Below, piece after piece: positions 32,257-45,914 of a stretch of DNA of 64,000 nucleotides. The notes under the pieces are model-generated. The model was not told the DNA's origin, searched no databases, and worked only from the letters and a program-made list of their open reading frames with translations. The position numbers and the translations under genes are program-made. Origin of the DNA: Camelus dromedarius (lineage: Eukaryota); contig NC_087447.1 of assembly GCF_036321535.1 (NCBI RefSeq), positions 39,186,001 to 39,250,000 of the forward strand. The letters run 5' to 3'. The stretch's first letter is position 1; each line of letters begins with the position of its first letter.

Positions 32257-34669
32257 GCAATGAACGTGACAGGTGAGTCAGAGACAGCCTGCCCTTCTGT
32301 TCGGTGGCTTCCCTCACCAGTAGGTCTGGGTCACTGTTGCCCAATGCAGAGGCTGAAATGGTCATTTAAAATGCATACTATACCCCCGAGAGGGGCGATG
32401 CAGTTGGCACTGGGTGTCAGGCTGAGGGCTCTGTGGTTCAAATGCCAATGCACAAGTTGGGATGGTCCTGGGTGCCCTGCTTTCGCATGGCCTCCACAAG
32501 CCCTTTAAAAACCACATGCAGAGAATCAGGAGAATGCAGCATGCCAATCTCCCTGAGAGAGAAACTGCTCCCAGCAGCACCGGAGCGAAATGGGCTCTGG
32601 CCAGAAACTGATCACCCTCCCTCCGGACACGGAGGCTCCTCATTCAGTGTCAGCTCCACTGGGTGAGCAGATAGCAGCACTTCACAAGCTCACCAGGAGG
32701 CCTTCGAAAGGCCCTGGGACATGGCTCCCAGCCCCGGACCTCGAACTCAGAAAGGGGAGCCAGTTAGTGAACAAGCACCACTTAAAGGAGAACTGACATG
32801 GGCTCAGCAGTCAGATTTTCCAAATTCAAAATTGGGACCTCCCCTTAGAGGGCAGAATTCTTAATAGCAGGTGTCCTGGAAAACTTGGGGCCTAGGGGTC
32901 ACAAAGCCCTGAGCCTCCCGCCAGAGGTCCCCCGCAGTGTCCAACCTAAAGTGGCCCTTCCTGTGGCTCGCACTCCACCTGAGGTTCTAGCTTCTTAACT
33001 TCTGAAATGATCCTGTTTCTTTGTGTCTCCTCTGATTAGAGTGAGCATCATGAGAGCAGGGCCCTCGTTCTGTCTGGTTCTTGGTTGTTTCCAGAGCAAC
33101 TAGAATGCTGACTGGCTCAGTATTAGTCACTGGGTAAGGGAACCCATGCAAACCTCTGGAAGCACATCCTATGTACCAATCTCCCTCAATCCTCACAGCA
33201 ACGTTAGGAGGAGAAATTATTCTCTCTCTTGTACAATGAGAAATCAGAGAGGGTGGATGCTTTTCCAGGGCTGCACACTGAATGAGTCGATGGAGCTGAA
33301 TTCCAAGCCAGGATTGAAGAGTTCTAATCCTGGCTTTGAAGTGAGCATCTGTTGCTTTTACAATTTAGAAAAAGCAAAGAAGAAAAACTCTACAGAAAAA
33401 AACACGCATCAGAAAGAGCTTTATATCAAATGATCTAATAGGTGATGGATTCAGTTCCTGTGCCCAAATTCCAAGTCCCACCTCTACCTGCGGAGGGCAC
33501 TGGCGCTGGAGCCTGCGCACAGGGAAGGATTCTCGGGGCCTCCTTTATGGAAGATTTGTTCCCGTCCTTCTGTGGGGACTCAAAGGATGTGCAGGGAGGG
33601 GATCAGCAGCGACACCCAGGATTCCTGCTGCTGTTACAAACAGCAGGCCTATTCTCTGGTTTGCTGCGAAGGCTCCAAGGAGGGGCCTACAAGCAAGTTA
33701 GAGAAGACTGGGGAGTTAAGATGCTTGGAATCTGCCTGCTCCAGACCTGTACCTTGAAAACTGGAATGAAAAAAAAGGGAAAGGGAGCACACCTTTTAAG
33801 ATTAAAACTTCAAAAAAACTTTAAATGAAAAAATAGAGATCTACATTCACCTGAATTTAGAACACTAAACCCTACTGAAGTTAAGTGTATGTATCTTCAT
33901 CATCTATATGTCACAATAAAATTCCTGTTAGTCTGATATTTTGGGCCAGAAAACCCTCTCCAGTCTGCCTGCTAGATGCAGGTTATGGCTTGGATTAATG
34001 TGCAAATCAGCAGGTCGGTCTCATCAAAGTCACCAGGCCAGTTTTAATGCGAGGATACATTTCTCAAATATGGGAAAGAAATGAAAATGGCAAATCGTGT
34101 CAGTAAAACAAGTATTTTCAACTGCTACTAGGATGGCCCAGTTGCTTTCAAACACAAACATCCTAGAGAAACAGAATACCCTTCAAAGCTGTGAATGAGG
34201 AGCCACGGGAGGACAAAAGAGCATGTAAGCTAACCTTCCGGATCTGAATTTCTCAGCCAGGATCCCTGGGTGAGCTCTGGGGAAAATGCTGGGCTTATGT
34301 GCATTTTATGGAGAGAGGCTCGGTAAATTTCACCAGCTTCACAAAGTGACCCCAGAAGCCGGGGTACCCACCAGCCCTGTCTGCTGCAGCTCCTGTTTTC
34401 TCTGGAGAAGGCTGCTGATATTATTAACACCTACATAGGAAGCCCCCCCGGCTTTCACAGTAGACAAGGTAACAATGACAATCGGGGAAAACCATCCAAG
34501 CTCTTGCCTGAACAGCCCAGCCACAGGGAACTGCCCAGTCGATGAATGAAAAGAGGTCACTGGCTGGAAGAGACTGAAGAACTGAGCCCACTGTCCAGGT
34601 GGGAACAAATGGCACAACCAGAAAAGACCAAGAGAGCAAACTTAGGGAGCAACAGCGTGGGACAGGAGG

Positions 34670-35165
34670 AAGAACACAGGCTCTGGAGCCAAGCAGAGCT
34701 AGGTTCAAATCCTGGCTCCATCTAAATGCTAGTCAGGTAGCCTTGGGATGAAGATGGTGAAGGTGAAGAAAACAGCAACTACAATGAGCTATTACTTACT
34801 GACAGTACCAAGTCCAGCCTTTAGGAAACAAGCACTTATGTACTTATGAAATAACATATGTTATTTCATTTAGTTTTCATAGCAACCCTGTGAACACTAT
34901 CTTATCTCTCTTTTCTAGATCTGGAGAAAGAAGGTTAAAAAGATTAATAGCATGCCCAAGGTCCACAGCTAGGTGAGATTCAAACCCAGGTCTGCATGAC
35001 TCTCAGCCCAGGCTCTTAATTAGTAAGCTTCACTGCACTGCCAAGCCTCAGCTTCCTCGTCTGTGAAAAGGATAATAATACCCCCGCAGGGTGGGAAGGA
35101 TTAGACAGAACGCATGTGGAAGACTTAACACAGTACCCAGCACACAGGAAGCTCTACAGTGTAGC
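34670..35165. mobile_element. Two MIRs, one nested in the opposite orientation inside the other
   Basis: ggttcaaatcctggctcc...ccttggg (+), then cccaaggtccacagctaggtgagattcaaacccaggtctg (-), then agcctcagcttcctcgtctgtgaaaaggataataatacc (+). Confidence 0.6.
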
Positions 35166-36267
35166 TATTAATGTCATTCCTACGACATCTGGACCTTTGG
35201 GAGAGAGAAGGAGACGTGGGAGGTGGGCAGCTGGCTACACAGATGGTGCAGCATTTCACGTCACAGGGCTCGGCAAACAGGATTAGGAACGTTGGACCTA
35301 GGCTTAAGAGCCAGGGATGGCCTGCTCTCCCTTAGGGACAGACAGGGGACAGCTTAGCAAGATGGGTAAGAACACGTTTACTCAGAGATGAAAGGCTTTG
35401 CATCAAAACTTGGAGAGGACTGGGGATTTGGGGAAGAAGGAATAATTCAAGCTCTAGAAGAAAGTTCTCAGACAGTATGGCTATGCCTGGGCTAGGAATG
35501 TGGGCCCATTGTCGGTCTGACTCCCTGACACCCAAGAAAGGACAAGAGTTCCTGTGCATGTTTGTGATAAGGGAGATACTGAACCCCCAAGTTATCAGTA
35601 ACCCCCACCTGGAACTTGAGCTGAGCCAAGGCATTCTTAAAAAAAAAAAAAAGAAGGATTTGTTAGAGTGAGTCTCCTTTGGAGCTAAATATGAAGAAAT
35701 GTACCCATTGCAAGAAAGAACCAGTGGCTTATAGTGTGTAAGATCAGGGACCCACCTGCAGGAAGGAGAAGCAGACTCACTGGTATCATCGTGATGACCT
35801 TCTTAGTGAGAGACTGAACAGGGAGTCTATAGGGCAGCAGAGCCACTCCTCAGAGAGATAAACGCACTGCAGAGGATGTGACTCTTGGAGCCGACATTTG
35901 CTTGGAGAGAAAAACATCATGGAGTGCCACCAGCCTCTCCCGGACCAGCTCATCTCCTCCTGTTTTTCTTTTAAAAGAATTGCTATGCTGATTTATTCCA
36001 GTAGGAACCAAAGATACTCAAAGGTCTTCACAACCTGTCATCGGTCCCCTCTTCTCCATCCCCACAGCTCTGCATACGGCTCGGCATCAGTTTCCTGGAC
36101 CATTTTAACTGCCTCTAACTAGTTCTGCTGCGTCCTCCTACAGTCCAGCCTCCACACTGCCACCAGCTGGCTTTCTAAAATAAAAGTGCTGACCACGTCA
36201 CTCACCTCCTAGAAGACGTCTACTAGATTTGCACTGCCCGTGGAATAAACACCAAAGTCTTAACTTG

Positions 36268-37255
36268 CATTCATTCATTCACTCATTTTCTTCATCACCA
36301 ATTTAATGTCGGATGACCACCTACTGTGTGCCAGGCTCTGTTTAGGTCCTGGAGACAGAGTGGTGAATGAGACAGATAAGACCAAGGGCCTATCCTCATG
36401 GATTTACATTCCAGTGGAGAAAACAAGCAATAAAGAAGACAAATAAATATATAACATAAAATCAGGTGCTAATGAAGAAAAATAAGGGTAAGAGGACAGA
36501 GTGATGGGGTAAGGGGTGGGGTAAGGCAGTGCTTTTTAAATAGAGGAAAGACTATCTGAACATAGACCAGAATGGAGTGAAGGTTGTCAGGCAGAGATGT
36601 TGGGAAAGAGTAATCCATGCAGAGAACAGTTAAGTGCAAAGGCCCTGAGGCAAGAAAGAGGAACAGCAAGAAAGACACAGAGGCTGGAAGGGAGTAAGCA
36701 AAACAGAGAGTGCTAAGAGGTGAGACCAGAGAAATAGGAAGGACTGGCAGGCTAGGGCCAAGGAGTTCAGATTCTATTCCTAGGATGCTATGTTTTGAGC
36801 AGGGGAATGACATGATCTGTTTATTTTTTAAAAGGTTACTCTGCCTGACTGTGTGGAAGGCTGCTAGCAGTGAGGCCAGAGTGGAAGCAGGGAGACCTGC
36901 TGAGAGATGGGATGGCGGGGAGAGGGGTGGCGTCTGGATGAGGGTAGGGAGGTGTGGCAGCTTTCAAGATATACTGTGATGGAGCAGCTGTCAAGGCTGC
37001 AAACAGACAAGGTGATGAGCAAGGGAAGGAGCAGGGTCAAAGATGCCAACATTTTGGGCCTGGATAACCAGGTAAATGGTGGGGCCACAGAATGTGGGAG
37101 AGACTGGGGAGGAGCAGGTTAGGTTTTTGCCTAAGACTTCTATTTAGTTATGTCAGGTCTGGGATGCCCATTACACACAGAAGGATGGATGATGAGTGGG
37201 AAGTGGGTATGTGAGTTGGGGGGCTTGGGAGAAAGGTCCAGGGTCGTCAGTCTAT
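36268..37255 (-). mobile_element. LINE-2 3' fragment
   Basis: Begins cattcattcattc...cacctactgtgtgccaggctctg; later agtgcaaaggccctgagg and ggccagagtggaagcagggagacc. Confidence 0.78.
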
Positions 37256-39419
37256 AGATGACCACCAGGACGTGGCAACACAGGTCCTCCACTCCTTGGC
37301 CCCGGCTCCAGACAGGCACCCAGGGGCCCTTGCCCCTGCCCTGTGGCTCCTCCTGCCTGGCATGCTCTGCCTGGACTTCTGCAGTGTGGACTACCCCTCA
37401 CCTCTTAAGATTCACTCTAAGTCACCTCTTATCTCCTGGGTCCCCAGGAGAGGGCCTAGGTCCTCTTCTCCCATGGCACCCTATGATATGTCTGGGTGAC
37501 AGTACAGCCCTGTGTCACACTGTATATTTGCACCTTTCCCTCGTGAGTCTTGGGGGCAGTGGCTATGAGTCGATTCCTCTCCGTATCCCACCTCCTCACA
37601 TGAGGCCTAGGCACAGCGAACATTGGCTAAGTGAGCGGAGTTCCCCTCTGTGTAGAGAGACGCAAGAGAAACTATAACAAGCAACTGACTCATGCCGCAG
37701 CTGCTGTCTGCAAGAAGAGACAGGGCAAGAAGGCAGAAGCCATCAAGGAAGCACCAGCAAAGCTCAGTGAGCTGTACCCAAGCTTTGAGGAGGGCTTCCA
37801 GAAATCCGAGAGGCAAGTATCAGGGCATTGCAAGTGTAATGAACACTGCACCGAGGGAAGGTATTTTGGGTTTCTGCCACAGAAACAGCAGCAAGTCCCC
37901 AGCCAAAGCACAGAGACAGAGAGAAGGAAACCGACATTGTTCACAGGCACTCCCATCATCCAGACAGTGAGCCTGGAAACAGGTCCTACTCACCTTCCTT
38001 TACCCACACGGACAACGAGGGTCAGAGAGGTTGGAGGATGTGCCCAGGGCCACAGAGCTGGCAGGTACAGGAGCCATGATTCACACTCAGGTCTTCCTGA
38101 AACCAAGGCCTGTGTCCCTTCCAGCACACTCCACAGCCTCGCTCCATCACAGGAGCTCCAACAGCAGTGGGCAGGATGGTTAGGGAGCACCTGGGCCCCG
38201 GATCAGATCGCAGGGAGGAAATGCAGCTCCTGGTTGGGGGGATGTGGTTTGCCCACTGGTACTGGGGAGTCACCAGCAGGACGAAGCTGGAACCTCAGTC
38301 TCTGACTGGCAAACCTAACCCTTAGAGCGCTGCGCCTGCACCCTGTCATTTATTCCTTAAAGGGCAGAGACGGAGCAAAAAAAAAGATTCTAACAGTCGA
38401 ACCTATCTGCTACCCTAGAAATAAAAGCGAGACAAAAGTGAAATTGTGGTTTTCATCAATTACTGCTACTGAATGATTCTGGGAGCCCTGTAATAGGGAG
38501 GAAGCTACGTGAGGAGAGCCTTCATTGCACTGAGCAGGTTACAAAACCAGCAAAATCAGGGCAAGACCCTGAGCTGGGCAGCAGAGGATGATGGGAAAAG
38601 AACCTGAGAGCAGAACTGTGGCTCTCCACGCTTGTGTAATAGTCAGTATATTTAACTCTCTAAGCCTCAGTCTCCCCATCTGTAATAAAGAACTAATAGT
38701 CAAAAAAAAAAAAAAAAAAGAACTAAATGTTGAATGGCTGGTAGTTCGTTCACTGCTGAGAAGGCAAAAGAACTTATTCATGCTGTAGAAAAAAGGAACA
38801 GAAAAAAAAATGCCAAAGCTTTTGTAAAACTTAGCAGAGTGAAATAGCATCATCCTCTGAAGATCTACTAAAGCATAAAGAAATTCTTTAAGAAACTGTG
38901 AGTAGCTGAGTATCTTAAGCTATGGCAGGAAGGAGAGACAGAATGAGAGGGAAAAGGAACAAAAGGGAAAAGAGAGAGAAGATGGATTTGAATATATAGC
39001 TGCATTGTTAAGAGTCAACAGAAGCTCACATACACATATATACAAAATAATGTAACTTTATTACTAATGGATAGAATTGCCTATTAAGTATGTATAGCCT
39101 TATCGTCTCCATTGAACTCCTATTCATCCCTCAATACCCTACCTGTTTGAAGCCTTCTGCCACCCCATTCCACCTAAAGGTTATTTAATCTTTCCTCCAT
39201 TAACTGATTCTTTTTATTGCCCAAATTACACTGTGTCTGCTCTGTATTTGCTTGTCCCCTACCAAATGGTGAGCTCCTAGGAGTACACACTGTTTATGAT
39301 TCATCTTTAGGCCCATGTGGTGGCCTTGCCCTGGCTCCAGGATCCCCAGCCAGCAGCCACTAGTTTGGAGCATCCCCAGGGGAGAACCTTCTTTCTATGG
39401 CAGGAAAATGAGAGAGGAC

Positions 39420-39640
39420 TCACATTTATAAAGTGTCTATTCTACGCTGAACATCTGAAAGGCACCTTTCAAATCTTAATTCATGTATCTCTCAAAATGC
39501 CCCTATGAGAGAATCATTATCCCCATTTTTATAAAAGAGAATACTGAGGCTCAGAGAGGTGAGGTCAACAGCCAAAAGCGCGTAGTGCTAGTGGTAAAAG
39601 TGATGGATTTGAACTGGGTCTATCTGACTCCAGATCCCTG
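39420..39640 (-). mobile_element. MIR SINE
   Basis: attatccccattttt...actgaggctcagagaggtgaggtc...ggatttgaactgggtctatctgactcca. Confidence 0.7.
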
Positions 39641-40879
39641 TTTTCACTAGACCAGATTACCCTGCACGGATCTAATAAAGCTGAGGGAATCTTGGAAGGA
39701 TAAGTGGTCTGGGCATCAAATCTACCTGCAGGCTCAGAAGTAGGGTTGGCGCTAAGGAGCTTTGGCCAGTACAGGAGAACCTGTTAGCAAAAGCCTGACA
39801 CCAGGTCAAAGAGGCAGAGAGGAGTTCTCTGCAGAAGATGGAATTCAAAATTTCACATGCAGTTAGCAGGTGAGAAGCTGACCATCTCCAGAGACCTGTT
39901 CTCTTTAAGGAGAAGGAAGTATAGTCTGGATCCGCAGTTCTCAACCATGTGTGATCACTTCAGGCCCCTGGTCAAGAATTCATAGATCCTTCCCAAGGGC
40001 TAAGGAAACATTTGAGGACATGACCATAAATGTAAGCACTGCTGGGAGAAAGCTGTGGACAGAAGTGACCACAGGAAGTCTGGGCATGTCACTTTCCCTT
40101 TCCTTTCTCCACCTCCCAGCTCAGTAAAGGAAACTTCCATGGTGTCCTGTAGGCAAAGAGCTACTTCTTGACCTCACAGGGATCTGATTCCACCATATTT
40201 GGAGTCAGAAGATCTGCATCCAGTGCACTGACCCTTCCTGGCTGTGTGACACTCACTAGATCAGACCTTTGGGCCCAAGTGTTTCCATATATAAATGGGG
40301 GAACAAGGGAGGGCCTGCTTCACAGGGAGGTCGTAGGGACGCTATAAGCCAATACATGCGGGAAGAACCTGTCAATGTAAAGGAAGAAAAGAAGAAAAAA
40401 AGAGCCTGTCATATATAAGGAGGGGTGCTGGGAATCCATGGGTTCCTCACCACATCACCTGCCGTCTCCCCCTCCCCAAGGCCTGGCACTCCCTGGTATA
40501 GCCTGTTTAAATGCTAACCTGACCTTTGTACAGGGCTCAGCCCTTGGTAGGAAAGACAAGGCGACCCTGGTAGAGTCATGGAAAAGGAAGCTGTGATTTG
40601 GCTGTTATTCTTCCAAAGGCTGCCTGGCACAACTGAAATCCTCAAGTAAGTATTTAATAATTAAATTGGTTACAAAAGTTTGGGAACATTTTTGTCACCT
40701 TGCAGGACAAGAACCATCACCAAAATCATAGTATGAAAATTTTCTAATTAAACCTGCAGACATATATTTCGAATGCTTTTCTAAGACAAATGTGTCATTT
40801 TGATGGCATCTTTGTGAGTTTTTAAAGTTTACTTTACTCATGCATGGTTAAGCAAAAGCTAGATTATTAAAGCCATAAT

Positions 40880-41290
40880 TGGATACTCTTGGGAGGTGCA
40901 TGAATTGGTACAGCCTCTTTGGAAGACAATTAGGCAATATTGATTCAAATTTTCAAAGCAAACTATTTAAGCCCCAACTCCCACTTCCAGGTGTCTATAC
41001 CACAGAAAATCTCATACCAAAGTTCACAGGTGGGTGTAACAATTTCCCCAGCAGCAGTGGTTGCACTGGCAAATATCAGCAACAACCTGGCTGTCTACCA
41101 ATACAGGGATGATTAAATATATTTAAAATGCACCCATACCACGGAGTACAATTGTTAAACATAATAAGGTACATTTATCTGTACATATTGACTTGAAAAG
41201 AAAGGCATTACTAATTGACAGTTGGCTAAAAAAATAAAAGCTGCAGAACTATATGCATAGAGAAATTCTATTTCTACAAATAAAACAAAA
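40880..41290 (+). mobile_element. Ancient L1 3'-end fragment
   Basis: aattggtacagcctctttggaagacaatt, ccacttccaggtgtctatacc, aacaacctggctgtctaccaatacagggatgattaaata. Confidence 0.65.
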
Positions 41291-44200
41291 AAGCATGTAG
41301 GTTAGGGTAAGGGCAAAGGAGGTGGGTGCTGGGGGATACAAACTAATGGAAAAGTCTAAGGTTATACCCAACAAAGTCTCAAAAGTGCCTCTCTTGAGGG
41401 AAGGTGGGGGGTGGGGGGGAGGCGTGGGTCACAGAAGTTAAGTTAATGCACTTCAGTGTCTGAATTTGTTATGAGTGTATACTTTCATGATGGCAAAAAC
41501 AAAAAAAATTAAAAGCTCATAGAATAATAATAATTTTAAAAATTGCTCCCCTAAAGTAAACACCGTGGGACACAGCACCTCCTCTCTCACCCCTGCATGT
41601 GGCCACCAGTCCTGTGAGTGCTCACTGGCCAGGAGTGGGCATGGGCTTGCCCGAGAAGAGACTACAGATGGGGATGGTCTCCAGTACTGAGAATCTCCAA
41701 CTCCTCTCCTCTTTCAATAAGAGTTCTGCCAAATTACAACTATTTCAAAGAGATGGCTAATAAAAAGCACTAAGTAGCTTTAATTGCTCAAATTTACAAC
41801 ATCATAAACTACTGAATTACAGCAGGTCATTTGTTTTCAACCTCCCTTAAATAGGGAAAATCAAAAGTTATATTCTGCAATAGCCAGCATTTTACGTTGA
41901 CTTATAAGTCTTGCTGAAGACTTCTTAAAAACTGTTAATGAGGAAACCCCACAGGGAAGAGAGAAGGTGACTCTGTTAAACCCAAAAGAGCCTAAATAAA
42001 ACTACAGCATGGGGTTATCATAAAAATGACAACTTCACTTAGTGGGTGAAATAATCTTCCTTTCTATGGTCAGAGTTGCTGGTGAAAAGAATTCTGAATT
42101 GACGCAGTGTCTGGAGTTGGTTACGTTTAGCACAGACTAGAATCTCCACTAGCTGCAGGTCGTGTACCGGTGCGGGGGGAGCAGGGCCAGGGAAGCGAGA
42201 AATGAGTCCCCATAAGAGGCACTGCCACATTTCAGCGCCGCCACGAGGGAAGATGGACCCAACACTGCTAGACCTTCGCATTTTCGTGACGAGCTGGAAA
42301 TCCAGATCTCTAGACAAAACCTACCAATTTTTAAATGTTAGCCACTAATGTAGAAGTTTTCAAACATTGTGAGCACTGAAAGAAACACATCTGCAGGCCA
42401 GATGCAGCCAGTGAGTAGAGAATCTTCAACCTCTGCCTAAAAGTATCCATATTTTTTAAGATTGTTGTAATCTATGTTCGATTTTATTTTGGGAAGGATG
42501 GGAAGAGGCAGGGTAATGGGATGGGATGGAGATAAACACAACAGAGGCAAGCACTTGATGTTAAGAAAATATTTCTAACATACTTGAGAAAACAATAGTA
42601 GTTGTCTATGTCAAATTCTGAATAAATTGCTTAAATTTACTCAGCTATTCTAGGCACAAAACTCTGATAGAATTTCTTAAGCAAATTCTTGGGAATCTGT
42701 TCCAAGCAAATGCCCACAGTTTATTGTCAATTAACTTACAAGAACTTACTAGGCCACATGTACTATCACAAAAAAATTTGATAATACCACCAGCAAGCAC
42801 AGAATTGCTCCTGCGTGCCAGGTGCCACTCAGGTGTTTGGCACCTGGGATCACCAGTGTGGTCACAGAGCCCTGGGCAAGATTCCAATAAAGGCCTGTCT
42901 GACAAATCTCCCTCCAAAACAAAAAACAAAAATAACAAGGAACTAGACTCAACACCATACAATTGTGCTCAGTCATTTTTCTCAAAGCCCAAACAATAAG
43001 ATGTATTTGTGCTAATAACATCCGCACACAATCGGCAGTTCACAAGTGCTTTTCCTACATACCATCTCACTCCTCACAGCCTTTACCTGCCTTTTAGACT
43101 TTGTATCTTGTCCAAAGTCTTCTTGCAGTTATTGACAATACTACTTTAAAAACAACACTAAAATGATAACAGATATTTGGCATTTTCTACATGCTGGGTA
43201 TAGTGTGAAGCATAGTTTCATTTCACCTTCTCAAGAACCTCATAGAGATGATTACTATGATCACTGACCCATTTTATAAGTGAGAAAACTGTGGCTTGGA
43301 GAGCTCGGTTTGTCTTAAGCTTCACCACTAGCAGGAACAGAGCTGATATTGTGAAGCAGGTCTGCCTCCAGGGCTGAGAACAGTGTGCTGGGTGCCAGCG
43401 GCCCAGAGGCCATCTGTCTGTCCACTGTAAGCTGATCTCAGTTTGTTGCCAGCAAATGTACCCAAGGCGTGGCTAAGGTCCTCCTGCTTCCCCTACCCTG
43501 CCCATGCCCACTTTCTCCACTTGGTCAGAAGACATTTTTTATTTTTTATTTTTTCCCACTCAAAACCAGTGTGAGTCACTTGGAGCTCAGCCAGCCTGGC
43601 CCTGGAGGCCTGGTGAGGTGTGCCTGGGGGACTGGGCTTCCCTGCTGCCAGCAGAGTAGCATGGTACCGTGCCAGCCTGCTGGGGTCTAGACGGCGCTTT
43701 CACATCACTGCTGTCTGAATGAGGTCTGGGAAGGGGACCCTGATAGTCACAGCAACCCTGCAAAATGGTCACCGAGGTACCAAAGTGGGGGTCAGGGAGA
43801 GGGGAGGCGCCTTTGGCTAGAGAGGAGGAAAGATCTATTTGGCCAACAGCTCTGTAATATCTACTATTCAAAGCCCCATATTGGGCCCCTGAAAGAGGGA
43901 GACATGGTCTCTAGCGTGCACAAGGATAAATCATGTATGTAAAAACATTGAGCAAGAAATACACACACACCCATACACACTCACCAGCACAGGCATGCAC
44001 ATTCATTCTCAGAATCACAAGCAGCTGCTCTTAGGGTAACAACTTCTGTCCTCTTACCTCCTCTGTAGCCCACTCAGTCCTGACTATACAGGGGGCTGCC
44101 CTGCCACAGAGGCCACACCAGGGCTGATCCCAGTCAACTCTGGAAGGACGAAGAGGGCAGGCACAGAGGTCAGGACAGCCCGGGGTGGTCAGAGCCATCC

Positions 44201-45914
44201 CTAGAGTGTGTGCAGGTCCAGAGGAGCAGAGGAAGGGTGCAGGCTGTGTCCAGAGGGAAGAAAAGGGTCCCCCTCCTTACACAAGGATGAGGATGGGTTT
44301 GCAGGTGGAGGAAAGACAAAGGCAGCCAGTCCAGCACAGACGCTTCCTCAGCACTGCTGGCTCTGACATGAACACGGAAGAGAGGGTGCAGGCTAAACTG
44401 TAGGGGGCCCGAGGAAGCCCCTTTCACATTCACAGCCCAGACTCTGGTGATGCAAGGGGCCAGGAGAACCAGCAGGTGAGCCGCCGTCTGGGCGGGCAGG
44501 CTGTCTGTCAATTCAGTGTTGAGGTCATGCTCCTGTCGACCTGGAGGTGACGGGGCTGCCAGTGGGAGAATGAACACTCATTCATCTATAACCACACAGG
44601 TAAATGTAAGACGGCCTCTGGGATGAGAGGGAGGATGGGCTGCTGAATGCCAGGTAGAGGGGCCCATGAAGCACAGCAGAGTGGGTAGGAGCACAGCCCT
44701 GGGTGGGTGCCCAGGGGCAAACCCTGCTCGCACGCCCCCAGCTGATCTGGGCCTTGTCTCTTGGAAAGGGATCTTTGGGGTAATAATAACCCTGACCTCA
44801 GCCAATGCCTACTGAGGCCTTAACACTAGGCGGTGACCCACCAAGCACTGTGACGGGGCCTGCCCCACGGTGAGCAGGCAGTAAGCAGCATGAAGTGATA
44901 AAGTTAATGGTGATGAGAAGACCTGGGTTTCTTATCGAGGAGGTCAGGGAAGGAAGGCTTCCCATGAAGAGACAAATCAGCTGCTATCCGAAGGGTGGAT
45001 GGGCATAAACCAGGCAAAACAGAAGGAAAATGAACTCCATGCAAGGGAACGGCTCCTGGGAAGTCCCTGAAAGGTGAGCAGCGGCAGCAGCAGCAGTCTT
45101 CCCAGGCAAGGAACGCAGCCCCAGGGGCCCCTGGAGCACGCTGGCCAGCAGGATACCTCTCAGATGAGAACGGCTTCTTCCAGGAATCTTCTTCTCAGAT
45201 CACTACGAAGAAAAGCTGCGTTCTCAGCACAATGTCCCAGGTCTGGGGCAGAACGAGGAAGGGAAGGAGAGGCAACAGTGTCAAGCTGAAAGCCCCACAT
45301 GAAAACGTGAGAAGGTGCAGGTCAGTGCCTAGGTGCACTGATGCAGCTGCTGCACGGAACACAGACACGGACCTGGCACCCCTGGGCTCAGAGCCTCTTC
45401 CTATTTGCTACTGCTACTCCTTGTATTCACTGAGGACTTGACAAGGCTCCAAATGAAGATAAAGATGCTGTCAGGCACCTCCAAAAGGACCACTAGCTAT
45501 CTTCATCCCCCAGCCAGAAGAGCACTCTCAGCTGGACTATGCGAGGAAAAAGCTGTCAGCAGTTAGCAAGAATCATTATTTTGGCTAATTTAGGAAATTT
45601 GGGATTCATCCAGGAAGCTGGGTGGACCTCATTCCTGAGCATTCCTTAATGGACTATTTTTCATTTTGAATTGCTTTACTATCCCATCAACAACCAGAGT
45701 TAAAAATAAAAAAGTAAGAGGCAAAGAGTATAGAGAAGTTACATTCCCAAGGCCACAACACGCTGGGAGACACAGAAGGCGGCCACAGACCCAGGCCCAC
45801 AACAAAGGGGAGGCCCTACTCAACACAATAGCCAATGAACCTCCAATTTCAAATACACCTGATCACGCTATAAATCTGTTGTTTGGCTGCACAAATAGAC
45901 TTTGCTATCCTCCC

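Noticed and set aside
37631..38305. 224-aa + strand ORF (longest in the track)
   Set aside because: Starts at GTG, runs through a MIR-like remnant (about 38000-38130) and has no recognisable domain.
40699..40753. Candidate extra 5'UTR exon (ctgcag|GTTTAATT...GCAAG|gtgaca, minus strand)
   Set aside because: Poor polypyrimidine tract and weak donor. More UTR exons likely exist in 18-64 kb but cannot be placed without cDNA alignment.
43265..43275. Exact RORE AAAATGGGTCA (minus strand)
   Set aside because: Falls inside a MIR core (cccattttataag...aaactg) and is isolated; likely incidental.
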